From a virus, in IMG/VR virus record IMGVR_UViG_3300044960_000113, positions 32,001-96,000 of that record: 64,000 nt of DNA; one strand, given 5' to 3'. The notes under the pieces were generated by a model. That model saw only the letters and a list, made by a program, of their open reading frames with translations. It was not told the DNA's origin and ran no database searches. A program made the translations under genes and the position numbers. The number at the start of each line of letters is the position of its first letter. Positions within the stretch are counted from its first letter, which is position 1. Positions 1 through 10,130 of the stretch are shown here, piece after piece.

Positions 1-645
1 ATGATCATAAATAAATCCACGCGTACTTATATTTGCACTACTTACTCCTTGATGGTTTGCAATATTTCTAAATTTATTTAATAAATTTATCCAATCTAAA
101 TTTGTCATTGATGTTAGATGTGGTAAATTATTCTGACCATAACCAAATACTGTTGAACATCCAGAGCTTAGTGGTCCAGTTGGTGTTCCAGCTATTTGAT
201 TATATAAATCAACTAATGAATTATATTCTTCTAAATATGCAACTGCAACAAAATTACTACTAACCTTTTTCCATGCTGATCCATCCCATACCCACATTAT
301 TTCATCATCACTATCCCACCATAAAAGTCCTGTTACAACATTTGTTGGTGCTGTTGGAGATACAACACAAATACCACCTATTGGCTTCCAAGTATTATTT
401 GTGTCATAAATATATGGAACTCTGTCTCCAGTATTAAACCAAATTTGCCCGTGAGTTGGGTGTGGTGGTGGATTAGGAGAAGCAAAATTTTCTAGGATTT
501 TAAGAATGCCTTCTTGTTGACCTTCACCATAATTTGGTGCACCTTTACCAAATAAAGTAATACTTGTTGATGTGGTATCAACTGCTAAAGGATTTAGTAT
601 AATTGTACCTTTAACAATGTCTGACCAATTTAAAACGTATGCCAT
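1..645 (-). CDS. Virion structural protein (baseplate/tail-associated), partial; runs off the left edge
   Basis: Not in the ORF track; read manually: ATG at 645 after GAGGA RBS, MAYVLNWSDIVKG...LKILENFASPNPPPHPTHGQIWFN...FGYGQ...DWINLLNK...NHQG, open to base 1. LLENFA-x-P-x-P-x-GQ(I/L)W is typical of large myovirus structural proteins; TATAAATA at 738-745 upstream. Confidence 0.7.
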   Translation of the reverse strand, partial: MAYVLNWSDIVKGTIILNPLAVDTTSTSITLFGKGAPNYGEGQQEGILKILENFASPNPPPHPTHGQIWFNTGDRVPYIYDTNNTWKPIGGICVVSPTAPTNVVTGLLWWDSDDEIMWVWDGSAWKKVSSNFVAVAYLEEYNSLVDLYNQIAGTPTGPLSSGCSTVFGYGQNNLPHLTSMTNLDWINLLNKFRNIANHQGVSSANISTRGFIYDH

Positions 646-792
646 AATTTTATTCCTCTATTTGCGCCGGTTCACAAAAAGTTAAATAAATCCGCCGGTA
701 TTTTCAGATTTATTTAATATACTATATATAATAAATATATTTATATAAAAATACATTTTTTAATATTTTTAATTTATTTAAGAATAATAAAT

Positions 793-1509
793 TCATTTTT
801 TAGATGATTCTAAATGTGTTAGAATAGTTTCAATCAATGGATGCCGTACAACATCTTTTTTATTAAATTCATGAACTATAATATCAGAGCTAACACCTTT
901 TAATTTATTTGATATCCATATTAATCCATTATCAAATTTATTAGGTAAATCTGATTGAGAACTATCTCCATTAATAGCAAAATATGAATTAAACCCAATT
1001 CTTGTAATAAACATTTTAATCTGTTCTTTTGTTGCATTTTGTGCTTCATCTAATATTACGAAACAATTATTAAATGTTCTTCCCCTCATAAATGCTAATG
1101 GTGCTATTTCTATTTTATTGTTATCAAATAGTTTTTTCGTCATTGTAGGACCTATATGATCTTCTATGCTATCAAGCAATGGTAACAGATATGGATGAAG
1201 TTTTTCACTTAATGTACCTGGTAAATAACCTAAATGTTCACCTGCTTCTACAACAGGACGAGTTATTACTATACGATTAACTTCTTTTGATAATAATTTT
1301 TCTAATGCGATTGCTGTTACTAGATATGTTTTTCCTGATCCAGCAGGACCTAAACATATTGTGATTGGTGTTTCTCTTAAAAAATCTAAATATAATTGTT
1401 GGGCTGTATTTTTTGCATTTATTTTATGTTTTATAAATATTTCTTTTTCGATAGATGATGGATATTTTTGTTTTGAATTAGTTAAATTACCTTTTAATCT
1501 TTTTGACAT
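793..1509 (-). CDS. phoH: PhoH-family ATPase
   Basis: GPAGSGKT Walker A, TRPVVEAGEHLGYLPG, APLAFMRGRTF, ILDEAQN, GDSSQSDL motifs. Confidence 0.95.
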   Translation of the reverse strand: MSKRLKGNLTNSKQKYPSSIEKEIFIKHKINAKNTAQQLYLDFLRETPITICLGPAGSGKTYLVTAIALEKLLSKEVNRIVITRPVVEAGEHLGYLPGTLSEKLHPYLLPLLDSIEDHIGPTMTKKLFDNNKIEIAPLAFMRGRTFNNCFVILDEAQNATKEQIKMFITRIGFNSYFAINGDSSQSDLPNKFDNGLIWISNKLKGVSSDIIVHEFNKKDVVRHPLIETILTHLESSKK

Positions 1510-1749
1510 TATTTTATTACCTCTCTGTTAAATTAACAGATAAACCCATTTTATTATAATATATTAACTTAATTTTGTTATTCCTCCTTTCTTTAATAGT
1601 GTTATGAACATATTTTAAATTATTTATAACCTGTCATAATTAATTAAAATTTCATAAAAATATTTTTATTAAAAATTAAATTAAATTTGATAAACAAATA
1701 TTTTTGATATCAATAAATGATTTATCTGGTTTTGATTCAAAATTGTTAT

Positions 1750-2607
1750 TTAGTTCCATTCCCAGATAAAACCTCCACCAACATTAATAAATGAATGATC
1801 TGGCTCTGATTTAAAATTATTATTAAAACAATAAAAACCACCACCAACTTCTCTTGGTGCACCTAGTAATGATGTTAATAGATTATTTGAACAATCAAAA
1901 TTACCACCTATTTCTTTTGGTGCACCTTTTAATGAAGTTAATTTATTACTATAACATGTAAAATTGTCACCTACTTCTCTTGGTGCACCTAGTAATGATG
2001 TTAATAGATTATTTGAACAATTAAAATTGCCACTCACTTCTTTTGGTCCACCTTCTAATGATGTTAATTTATTATCTGAACAATTAAAATCACCATCTAT
2101 CTCTTTTGGCGCACCTAGTAATGATGTTAATTTATTATTTGAACAATAAAAATCACCACTTACTTCCATTGGTGCACCTTGTAAAGATGTTAAATCATTA
2201 TATGAACAATTAAAATCATTATTTACTTCTCTTGGTGCACCTTTTAATGATTTTAATTGATTATCATGACAATCAAAATCACCACCAACATATTTTGGCG
2301 CACCTTCTAATGATTTTAAAATATTAAATGAACAATCAAAATTACCACCCACTTCTCTTGGTGCACCTAGTAATGATTTTAATTGACTAAGTGAACAATT
2401 AAAATTACCATCTACTTCACCAAATTGAACTGGTATATATTCTAATTTTTTATTAGAAATATCAACATCTCCATTAACATCAACTATACCATTATCATGA
2501 ATTGTATAATTTTTAATATACATTTCTTTTAACCAATTCTCTATTTCTTGTTTATCGGTTAAAAATTTATGTTGTTCTTCTTTTAAAAATAATTCTTGTA
2601 GTTTCAT
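1750..2607 (-). CDS. 21-aa LRR-like repeat protein, 10 FxC modules
   Basis: MKLQELFLKEE N-cap, repeats FxCxxNxLxSLxGAPxEVxG, C-cap NNFKSEPDHSFINVGGGFIW. Confidence 0.9.
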   Translation of the reverse strand: MKLQELFLKEEQHKFLTDKQEIENWLKEMYIKNYTIHDNGIVDVNGDVDISNKKLEYIPVQFGEVDGNFNCSLSQLKSLLGAPREVGGNFDCSFNILKSLEGAPKYVGGDFDCHDNQLKSLKGAPREVNNDFNCSYNDLTSLQGAPMEVSGDFYCSNNKLTSLLGAPKEIDGDFNCSDNKLTSLEGGPKEVSGNFNCSNNLLTSLLGAPREVGDNFTCYSNKLTSLKGAPKEIGGNFDCSNNLLTSLLGAPREVGGGFYCFNNNFKSEPDHSFINVGGGFIWEWN

Positions 2608-3137
2608 TTCCAGATAAATTCTCCACCAATATTAATAAATGAATGATTTGGTTCTGATTTAAAATTGTTATTTTTACAAATAAAATTACGACCTACTTCT
2701 TTTGGTGCACCTTGTAATGATGTTAATTGATTATCTGAACAATTAAAATAACCACCCACTTCTCTTGGTCCACCTTGTAAAGATATTAATTGATTATCTG
2801 AACAATCAAAATTACCACCTACTTCTTTTGGTGCACCTTGCAATGATGTTAATTTATTACCATGACAATAAAAACCATCACGAACTGCTCTAGGCGCACC
2901 TTGCAATGATATTAATTGATTATGTGAACATGAAAAATAACCATCTACTTCACCAAATTGAACTCGTAGATATGTTAATCTTTTATTAGAAATACCAACA
3001 TTACCATTAACATCAACTATACCATTATCATGAATAATATAATTTTCAATATATAATTTATTTAACCAATTCTCTATTTCTTGTTTATTAGTTAAGAATT
3101 GTTGTTCTTCTTTTAAAAATAGTTCTTGTAGTTTCAT
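2604..3137 (-). CDS. 21-aa LRR-like repeat protein, 5 modules
   Basis: Same caps and repeat; start placed at MKLQE (3137) by paralog alignment and ATGA overlap (ORF track starts at 3143). Confidence 0.9.
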   Translation of the reverse strand: MKLQELFLKEEQQFLTNKQEIENWLNKLYIENYIIHDNGIVDVNGNVGISNKRLTYLRVQFGEVDGYFSCSHNQLISLQGAPRAVRDGFYCHGNKLTSLQGAPKEVGGNFDCSDNQLISLQGGPREVGGYFNCSDNQLTSLQGAPKEVGRNFICKNNNFKSEPNHSFINIGGEFIWK

Positions 3138-3922
3138 TTCCAAATAAATTTTCCGTTAATATCAATAAATGAATGATCTGGTTCTGATTTAAAATTGTTA
3201 TATTTACAAAAAAAATTACCACCTACTTCTTTTGGTGCACCTTCTAATGATGTTAATTTATTATTTGAACAATCAAAAAAACTACCAACATATATTGGTG
3301 CACCTTTTAATGATGTTAATTTATTATGCGAACAATGAAAACCACCACTAACTTCTCTTGGTCCACCGTGTAATGTTATTAATTCATTATTATTACACAT
3401 GAAATCTCCACCTACTTCTCTTGGTGCGCCTTCTAGTGATGTTAATTTATTTATATGACAATCAAAATTACCACCTACTTCTTTTGGCGCACCTAGTAAT
3501 GATGTTAATAGATTATTAAAACAATAAAAACCAATGTTAATTTCTCTTGGTGCACCTTGTAATGATATTAATTGATTATATGAACAATCAAAAACACCAT
3601 CAACTTCTATTGGTCCACCTTCTAATGATTTTAATTGATTATTATAACACTCAAAATTACCACCTACTTTTCTTGGCGATCCTTTTAATGATGTTAATTT
3701 ATTAAATGAACAATTAAAATAACCATTCACATTACCAAATTGAACTGGTATATATGTTAATTTTTTAAAATGAATATCAACATCTCCATTAACATCAACT
3801 ATACCATTATCATGAATGTTATAGTTTTTAATTTTCATTTTTTTTAACCAATTTTCTATTTCTTGTTTATTGGTTAATAATTTATGTTCTTCTTCTTTTA
3901 AAAATAATTCTTGTAGTTTCAT
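3134..3922 (-). CDS. 21-aa LRR-like repeat protein, 9 modules
   Basis: Same caps and repeat consensus. Confidence 0.9.
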   Translation of the reverse strand: MKLQELFLKEEEHKLLTNKQEIENWLKKMKIKNYNIHDNGIVDVNGDVDIHFKKLTYIPVQFGNVNGYFNCSFNKLTSLKGSPRKVGGNFECYNNQLKSLEGGPIEVDGVFDCSYNQLISLQGAPREINIGFYCFNNLLTSLLGAPKEVGGNFDCHINKLTSLEGAPREVGGDFMCNNNELITLHGGPREVSGGFHCSHNKLTSLKGAPIYVGSFFDCSNNKLTSLEGAPKEVGGNFFCKYNNFKSEPDHSFIDINGKFIWK

Positions 3923-4833
3923 TTCCAGATAAATTCTCCACTAATATCAATAAATGAATGATCAGGTTCTGATTTAAAATTGTTATATGAACAATTAAAA
4001 TCACCACCCACTTCTTTTGGTGCACCTTCTAATGATACCAATTTATTGCCATAACAATAAAAATTATTACCAACATATTTTGGTCCACCTTTTAATGATG
4101 TTAATTTATTATAATAACAGATAAAATTATCACTTACTTCTCTTGGTGCACCTTCTAATGTTGTTAATTTATTATATGAACAATCAAAAAAGCCACCAAC
4201 TTCTTTTGGTCCACCCTGTAATGATGTTAATTGATTATGTGAACATATAAAATCACTATCTATTTCTCTTGGTGCACCGCGTAATGATGTTAATTGATTA
4301 TATGAACAATTAAAAACACCATCAATTTCTATTGGTCCACCTTCTAATGATTTTAATTGATTATTATAACAATCAAAATTACCACCTACTTTTATTGGCG
4401 ACCCTTTTAATGATGTTAATTTATTAAATGAACAATCAAAATTACCATTTATTTCTCTTGGTGCATCCTGTAATGTTGTTAATTTATTATCTGAACAATT
4501 AAAATTACCACTTACTTCTCTTGGTGCACCTTGTAATGATGTTAATTGATTATTTGAACAATAAAAATCATCACCTACTTCCTTTGGTCCACCTTTTAAT
4601 GACGTTAATTGATTATATGAACAATCAAAAACACCATCTACTTCACCAAATTGAACTGGTATATATTCTAATTTTTTATTAGAAATATTAACATCACCAT
4701 TAACATCAACGATACCATTATCATGAATGGTATAATTTTCATTAATGTTCATCTTTTTTAACCAATTCTCTATTTCTTGTTTATCGGTTAAGAATTGTTG
4801 TTCTTCTTTTAAAAATAGTTCTTGTAGTTTCAT
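3919..4833 (-). CDS. 21-aa LRR-like repeat protein, 11 modules
   Basis: Same caps and repeat consensus. Confidence 0.9.
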   Translation of the reverse strand: MKLQELFLKEEQQFLTDKQEIENWLKKMNINENYTIHDNGIVDVNGDVNISNKKLEYIPVQFGEVDGVFDCSYNQLTSLKGGPKEVGDDFYCSNNQLTSLQGAPREVSGNFNCSDNKLTTLQDAPREINGNFDCSFNKLTSLKGSPIKVGGNFDCYNNQLKSLEGGPIEIDGVFNCSYNQLTSLRGAPREIDSDFICSHNQLTSLQGGPKEVGGFFDCSYNKLTTLEGAPREVSDNFICYYNKLTSLKGGPKYVGNNFYCYGNKLVSLEGAPKEVGGDFNCSYNNFKSEPDHSFIDISGEFIWK

Positions 4834-5492
4834 TTCCAGATAAAATCTCCCCCAATATTAATAAATGAATGATCAGGTTCTGATTTAAAATTGTTATGTG
4901 AACAATCAAAATCACAACCCACTTCTCTTGGTGCATCTTTTAATGATATCAATTTATTGCTATAACAATAAAAATTACTACCAATATATTTTGGTCCACC
5001 TTGTAATGATGTTAATTGATTATCTGTACAATCAAAAAAACTACCAACATATATTGGTGCACCTTTTAATGATGTTAATTTATTATGCGAACAACGAAAA
5101 CCACCACTAACTTCTCTTGGTCCACCATGTAATGTTATTAATTCATTATTATTACACATGAAATCTCCACCTACTTCTCTTGGTGCGCCTTCTAGTGATG
5201 TTAATTTATTATTAAAACAATAAAAACTAATATTAATTTCTCTTGGTGTACCTTTTAATGATGTTAATTGATTATATGAACAATCAAAAACACCATCTAC
5301 TTCACCAAATTGGACTGGTATATGTGTTAAATTTCTATTAGAAATATTAACATCTCCATTAACATCAACTATACCATTATCATGTATGGTATAATTTTCA
5401 ATTTCCATTTCTTTTAACCAATTCTCAATATCTGATTTATTGGTTAAAAATTTATGTTGTTCTTCTTTTAAAAATAGTTCTTGTAGTTTCAT
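4830..5492 (-). CDS. 21-aa LRR-like repeat protein, 7 modules
   Basis: Same caps and repeat consensus. Confidence 0.9.
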   Translation of the reverse strand: MKLQELFLKEEQHKFLTNKSDIENWLKEMEIENYTIHDNGIVDVNGDVNISNRNLTHIPVQFGEVDGVFDCSYNQLTSLKGTPREINISFYCFNNKLTSLEGAPREVGGDFMCNNNELITLHGGPREVSGGFRCSHNKLTSLKGAPIYVGSFFDCTDNQLTSLQGGPKYIGSNFYCYSNKLISLKDAPREVGCDFDCSHNNFKSEPDHSFINIGGDFIWK

Positions 5493-6340
5493 TTCCAGAT
5501 AAATTCTCCACCAATATTAATAAATGAATGGTCTGGTTCTGATTTAAAATTGTTATACATACAATAAAAATCACCACCTACTTCTTTTGGTGCACCTTTT
5601 AATGATGTTAATTTATTATTTGAACAATAAAAATCACGACCTACTTCCCTTGGTGCACCTTCTAATGATGTTAATTGATTATCTGAACAATCAAACGTGT
5701 TAGCTACTTCTATTGGTGAACCGTGTAATGATGTTAATTTATTGTTATTACAATAAAAACCACCACCTACTTCCCTTGGTGCACCTTGTAATGATTTTAA
5801 TTGATTATTATGACAATCAAAATAACCATCTACTTCTCTTGGTCCATCTTGTAATGATATTAATTTATTACTATAACAATAAAAATTGCCATTTATTTCT
5901 CTTGGTGCACCTTTCAATGATGTTAATTTATTATTTGAACAATAAAAATCACCACCTACTTCTCTTGGTGCACCTTGTAATAATGTTAATTGATTATCTG
6001 AACAATCAAAATTACCACCTATTTCTCTTGGTGCACTTTCTAATGATGTTAATTTATTGTTATTACAATAAAAACCACCACCTACTTCCCTTGGTGCACC
6101 ATGTAATGATGTTAATTTATTATTTGAGCAACCAAAATTACCATCTACTTCACCAAATTGGATTGGTATATATGTTAATTCTTTAAAAGAAATATTAACA
6201 TCACCATTAACATCAACTATACCATTATCATGAATTGTATAATTTTTAATATACATTTCTTTTAACCAATTCTCTATTTCTTGTTTATCGGTTAAAAATT
6301 TATGTTGTTCTTCTTTTAAAAATAGTTCTTGTAGTTTCAT
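5489..6340 (-). CDS. 21-aa LRR-like repeat protein, 10 modules
   Basis: Same caps and repeat consensus. Confidence 0.9.
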   Translation of the reverse strand: MKLQELFLKEEQHKFLTDKQEIENWLKEMYIKNYTIHDNGIVDVNGDVNISFKELTYIPIQFGEVDGNFGCSNNKLTSLHGAPREVGGGFYCNNNKLTSLESAPREIGGNFDCSDNQLTLLQGAPREVGGDFYCSNNKLTSLKGAPREINGNFYCYSNKLISLQDGPREVDGYFDCHNNQLKSLQGAPREVGGGFYCNNNKLTSLHGSPIEVANTFDCSDNQLTSLEGAPREVGRDFYCSNNKLTSLKGAPKEVGGDFYCMYNNFKSEPDHSFINIGGEFIWK

Positions 6341-6999
6341 TTCCAGGTAAATTCTCCACCAATATTAATAAATGAATGATCTGGTTCTGATTTAAAATTG
6401 TTATTTTTACAAATAAAATCACGACCTACTTCCATTGGTCCACCTTCTAATGATGTTAATTGATTATTTGAACAATTAAAATAACCACCAACTTTTCTTG
6501 GTCCACCTTCTAATGATGTTAATTGATTATTTGAACAATTAAAATAACCACCAACTTCTCTTGGTCCACCATGTAATGATGTTAATTGATTACGTGAACA
6601 ATAAAAATCACCACCTACTTCTCTTGGTCCACCTTGTAAAGATGTTAATTGATTATCTGAACAATTAAAATAACCACCTACTTCTCTTGGTGCACCTTCT
6701 AATGATGTTAATTTATTGTTATTACAATAAAAACCACCACCTACTTCCCTTGGTGTACCTTTTAATGATGTTAATTGATTATATGAACAATCAAAAATAC
6801 CATCTACTTCACCAAATTGAACTGGTATATATTCTAATTTTTTATTAGAAATATCAACATCTCCATTAACATCAACGATACCATTATCATGAATGGTATA
6901 ATTTTCAATTTCCATTTCTTTTAACCAATTCTCAATATCTGATTTATTGGTTAAAAATTTATGTTGTTCTTCTTTTAAAAATAGTTCTTGTAATTTCAT
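6337..6999 (-). CDS. 21-aa LRR-like repeat protein, 7 modules
   Basis: Same caps and repeat consensus. Confidence 0.9.
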   Translation of the reverse strand: MKLQELFLKEEQHKFLTNKSDIENWLKEMEIENYTIHDNGIVDVNGDVDISNKKLEYIPVQFGEVDGIFDCSYNQLTSLKGTPREVGGGFYCNNNKLTSLEGAPREVGGYFNCSDNQLTSLQGGPREVGGDFYCSRNQLTSLHGGPREVGGYFNCSNNQLTSLEGGPRKVGGYFNCSNNQLTSLEGGPMEVGRDFICKNNNFKSEPDHSFINIGGEFTWK

Positions 7000-7529
7000 T
7001 TCCAGATAAATTCTCCACCAATATTAATAAATGAATAATCAGGTTCTGATTTAAAATTGTTATTTGAACAATCAAAATCACCACCCACTTCTTTTGGTGA
7101 TCCTTGTAATGATGTTAATTTATTACTATAACAATCAAAATTACCATTTATTTCTCTTGGTGCACCCCGTAATGTTGTTAATTTATTATCTGAACAATCA
7201 AAATTACGACCTACTTCTCTTGGTGCGCCTTGTAAAGATGTTAAATCATTAAATGAACAACTAAAAGTACCACCCACTTCACTTGGCCCACCTTTTAATG
7301 ATGTTAAATTATTATATGAACAGTCAAAATTACCATCTACTTCACCAAATTGAACTGGTATATATGTTAATTTTTTAAAAGAAATATTAACATTACCATT
7401 AACATCAACAATACCATTATCATGAATGGTATAATTTTTAATGTTCATCTTTTTTAACCAATTTTCTATTTCTTGTTTATCTGTTAAGAATTGTTGTTCT
7501 TCTTTTAAAAATAGTTCTTGTAGTTTCAT
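6996..7529 (-). CDS. 21-aa LRR-like repeat protein, 5 modules
   Basis: Same caps and repeat consensus. Confidence 0.9.
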   Translation of the reverse strand: MKLQELFLKEEQQFLTDKQEIENWLKKMNIKNYTIHDNGIVDVNGNVNISFKKLTYIPVQFGEVDGNFDCSYNNLTSLKGGPSEVGGTFSCSFNDLTSLQGAPREVGRNFDCSDNKLTTLRGAPREINGNFDCYSNKLTSLQGSPKEVGGDFDCSNNNFKSEPDYSFINIGGEFIWK

Positions 7530-8566
7530 TTCCAGATAAAACCTCCCCCAATATTAATAAATGAATGATCAGGTTGTGATTTAAAATTGTTATTTTTACA
7601 AATAAAATCACGACCTACTTCCCTTGGTGCACCATATAATGATGTTAATTGATTATGTGCACAATCAAAATAACCACCAACTTCTCTTGGTCCACCTTCT
7701 AATGATGTTAATTTATTATTTGAACAATTAAAATCACCACCTATTTCTTTTGGTGCACCGTGTAATGATGTTAATTGATTATGATAACAATAAAAACCAT
7801 CACCTACTTCCATTGGCGCACCTTCTAATGATATTAATTTATTACTATAACAATAAAAATTGCCATTTATTTCTCTTGGTGCACCTTTCAATGATGTTAA
7901 TTTATTATTTGAACAATAAAAATCACGACCTACTTCCCTTGGTGCACTTTGTAAAGATGTTAAATAATTATATGAACAATCAAACGTGTTAGCTACTTCT
8001 ATTGGTGAACCGTGTAATGATGTTAATTTATTGTTATTACAATAAAAACCACCACCTACTTCTCTTGGTGCACCTTGTAATGATTTTAATTGATTATTAT
8101 GACAATCAAAATAACCACCTACTTCTTTTGGTCCACCTTCTAATGATGTTAATTGATTACGCGAACAAATAAAATAGCCACCTACTTCCCTTGGTGCACC
8201 TTGTAACGATTTTAATTGGTTATTATGACAATCAAACGTGTTAGCTACTTCTATTGGTGCACCTTCTAATGATGTTAATTTATTGTTATTACAATAAAAA
8301 CCTCCACCTACTTCCCTTGGCGCACCATGTAATGATGTTAATTTATTATCTGAGCAACTAAAATTGCCATCTACTTCACCAAATTGGACTGGTATATATG
8401 TTAATTTTTTAAAAGAAATATTAACATCACCATTAACATCAACAATACCATTATCATGAATAGTATAATTTTTAATGTTCATCTGTTTTAACCAATTCTC
8501 AATATCTGATTTATCGGTTAAAAATTTATGTTGTTCTTCTTTTAAAAATAGTTCTTGTAGTTTCAT
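7526..8566 (-). CDS. 21-aa LRR-like repeat protein, 13 modules
   Basis: Same caps and repeat consensus; longest paralog. Confidence 0.9.
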   Translation of the reverse strand: MKLQELFLKEEQHKFLTDKSDIENWLKQMNIKNYTIHDNGIVDVNGDVNISFKKLTYIPVQFGEVDGNFSCSDNKLTSLHGAPREVGGGFYCNNNKLTSLEGAPIEVANTFDCHNNQLKSLQGAPREVGGYFICSRNQLTSLEGGPKEVGGYFDCHNNQLKSLQGAPREVGGGFYCNNNKLTSLHGSPIEVANTFDCSYNYLTSLQSAPREVGRDFYCSNNKLTSLKGAPREINGNFYCYSNKLISLEGAPMEVGDGFYCYHNQLTSLHGAPKEIGGDFNCSNNKLTSLEGGPREVGGYFDCAHNQLTSLYGAPREVGRDFICKNNNFKSQPDHSFINIGGGFIWK

Positions 8567-9411
8567 TTCCAGGTAAATTCTCCACCAATATTAATAAATG
8601 AATGATTTGGTTCTGATTTAAAATTGTTATTTTTACAAATAAAATTATGACCTACTTCTTTTGGTGCACCTTGTAATGATGTTAATTGATTATCTGAACA
8701 ATAAAAACTACCACCAACTTCTCTTGGTGCACCATATAATGATGTTAATTGATTATTTGAACAATTAAAATAACCACCAACTTCTCTTGGTCCACCATGT
8801 AATGATGTTAATTGATTACGTGAACAATAAAAATCACCACCTACTTCCCTTGGTCCACCTTGTAAAGATGTTAATTGATTACGTGAACAATAAAAATCAC
8901 CACCTACTTCCCTTGGTCCACCTTGTAAAGATGTTAATTGATTATCTGAACAATCAAAATTACCACCTACTTCTTTTGGTGCACCTTCTAATGATGTTAA
9001 ATCATTATATGAACAATTAAAATCACCATTTATTTCTATTGGTCCACCTTGTAATGATGTTAATTTATTAAACGAACAATCAAAATTACCACCTACTTCT
9101 TTTGGTGCACCTTCTAATGATGTTAATTTATTACCATGACAATAAAAACTATCACGAACTGCTCTAGGCGCACCTTGCAATGATATTAATTGATTATGTG
9201 AACATGAAAAATAACCATCTATTTCACCAAATTGAACTCGTAGATATGTTAATCTTTTATTAGAAATACCAACATTACCATTAACATCAACTATACCATT
9301 ATCATGAATTGTATAATTTTTAATATACATTTCTTTTAACCAATTCTCAATATCTGATTTATCGGTTAAGAATTGTTGTTCTTCTTTTAAAAATAATTCT
9401 TGTAGTTTCAT
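8563..9411 (-). CDS. 21-aa LRR-like repeat protein, 10 modules
   Basis: Same caps; contains a perfect internal 63-bp duplication at 8804-8944. Confidence 0.9.
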   Translation of the reverse strand: MKLQELFLKEEQQFLTDKSDIENWLKEMYIKNYTIHDNGIVDVNGNVGISNKRLTYLRVQFGEIDGYFSCSHNQLISLQGAPRAVRDSFYCHGNKLTSLEGAPKEVGGNFDCSFNKLTSLQGGPIEINGDFNCSYNDLTSLEGAPKEVGGNFDCSDNQLTSLQGGPREVGGDFYCSRNQLTSLQGGPREVGGDFYCSRNQLTSLHGGPREVGGYFNCSNNQLTSLYGAPREVGGSFYCSDNQLTSLQGAPKEVGHNFICKNNNFKSEPNHSFINIGGEFTWK

Positions 9412-10130
9412 TTCCAGATAAATTCTCCACCAATATTAATAAATGAATGGTCTGGTTCTGATTTAAAATTGTTATTTTTACAAATAAAATCATGACCTAC
9501 TTCTCTTGGTGCACCATATAATGACGTTAATTGATTATCTGAACAATAAAAACCACCAACTTCTTTTGGTCCACCTTCTAATGATGTTAATTGATTATTT
9601 GAACAATTAAAATAACCACCAACTTTTTTTGGTCCACCTTGTAATGATATTAATTTATTACTATAACAATAAAAATTGCCATTTATTTCTCTTGGTGCAC
9701 CTTGTAATGATGTTAATTGATTACGTGAACAATTAAAATAACCACCCACTTCTCTTGGTGCATTCTGTAATGATGTTAATTGATTATCTGAACAATCAAA
9801 ATTACCACCTACTTCTTTTGGTGTACCTTGTAATGATGTTAATTTATTACCATGACAATAAAAACCATCACGAACTGCTCTAGGTGCACCTTGCAATGAT
9901 ATTAATTGATTATGTGAACATGAAAAATAACCATCTACTTCACCAAATTGAACTGGTATATATGTTAATCTTTTATTAGAAATATTAACATTACCATTAA
10001 CATCAACAATACCATTATCATGAATAGTATAATTTTTAATGTTCATCTTTTTTAACCAATTCTCAATATCTGATTTATTGGTTAAAAATTTATGTTGTTC
10101 TTCTTTTAAAAATAGTTCTTGTAGTTTCAT
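9408..10130 (-). CDS. 21-aa LRR-like repeat protein, 8 modules
   Basis: Same caps; one module is 20 aa (KEVGGFYC). Confidence 0.9.
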   Translation of the reverse strand: MKLQELFLKEEQHKFLTNKSDIENWLKKMNIKNYTIHDNGIVDVNGNVNISNKRLTYIPVQFGEVDGYFSCSHNQLISLQGAPRAVRDGFYCHGNKLTSLQGTPKEVGGNFDCSDNQLTSLQNAPREVGGYFNCSRNQLTSLQGAPREINGNFYCYSNKLISLQGGPKKVGGYFNCSNNQLTSLEGGPKEVGGFYCSDNQLTSLYGAPREVGHDFICKNNNFKSEPDHSFINIGGEFIWK

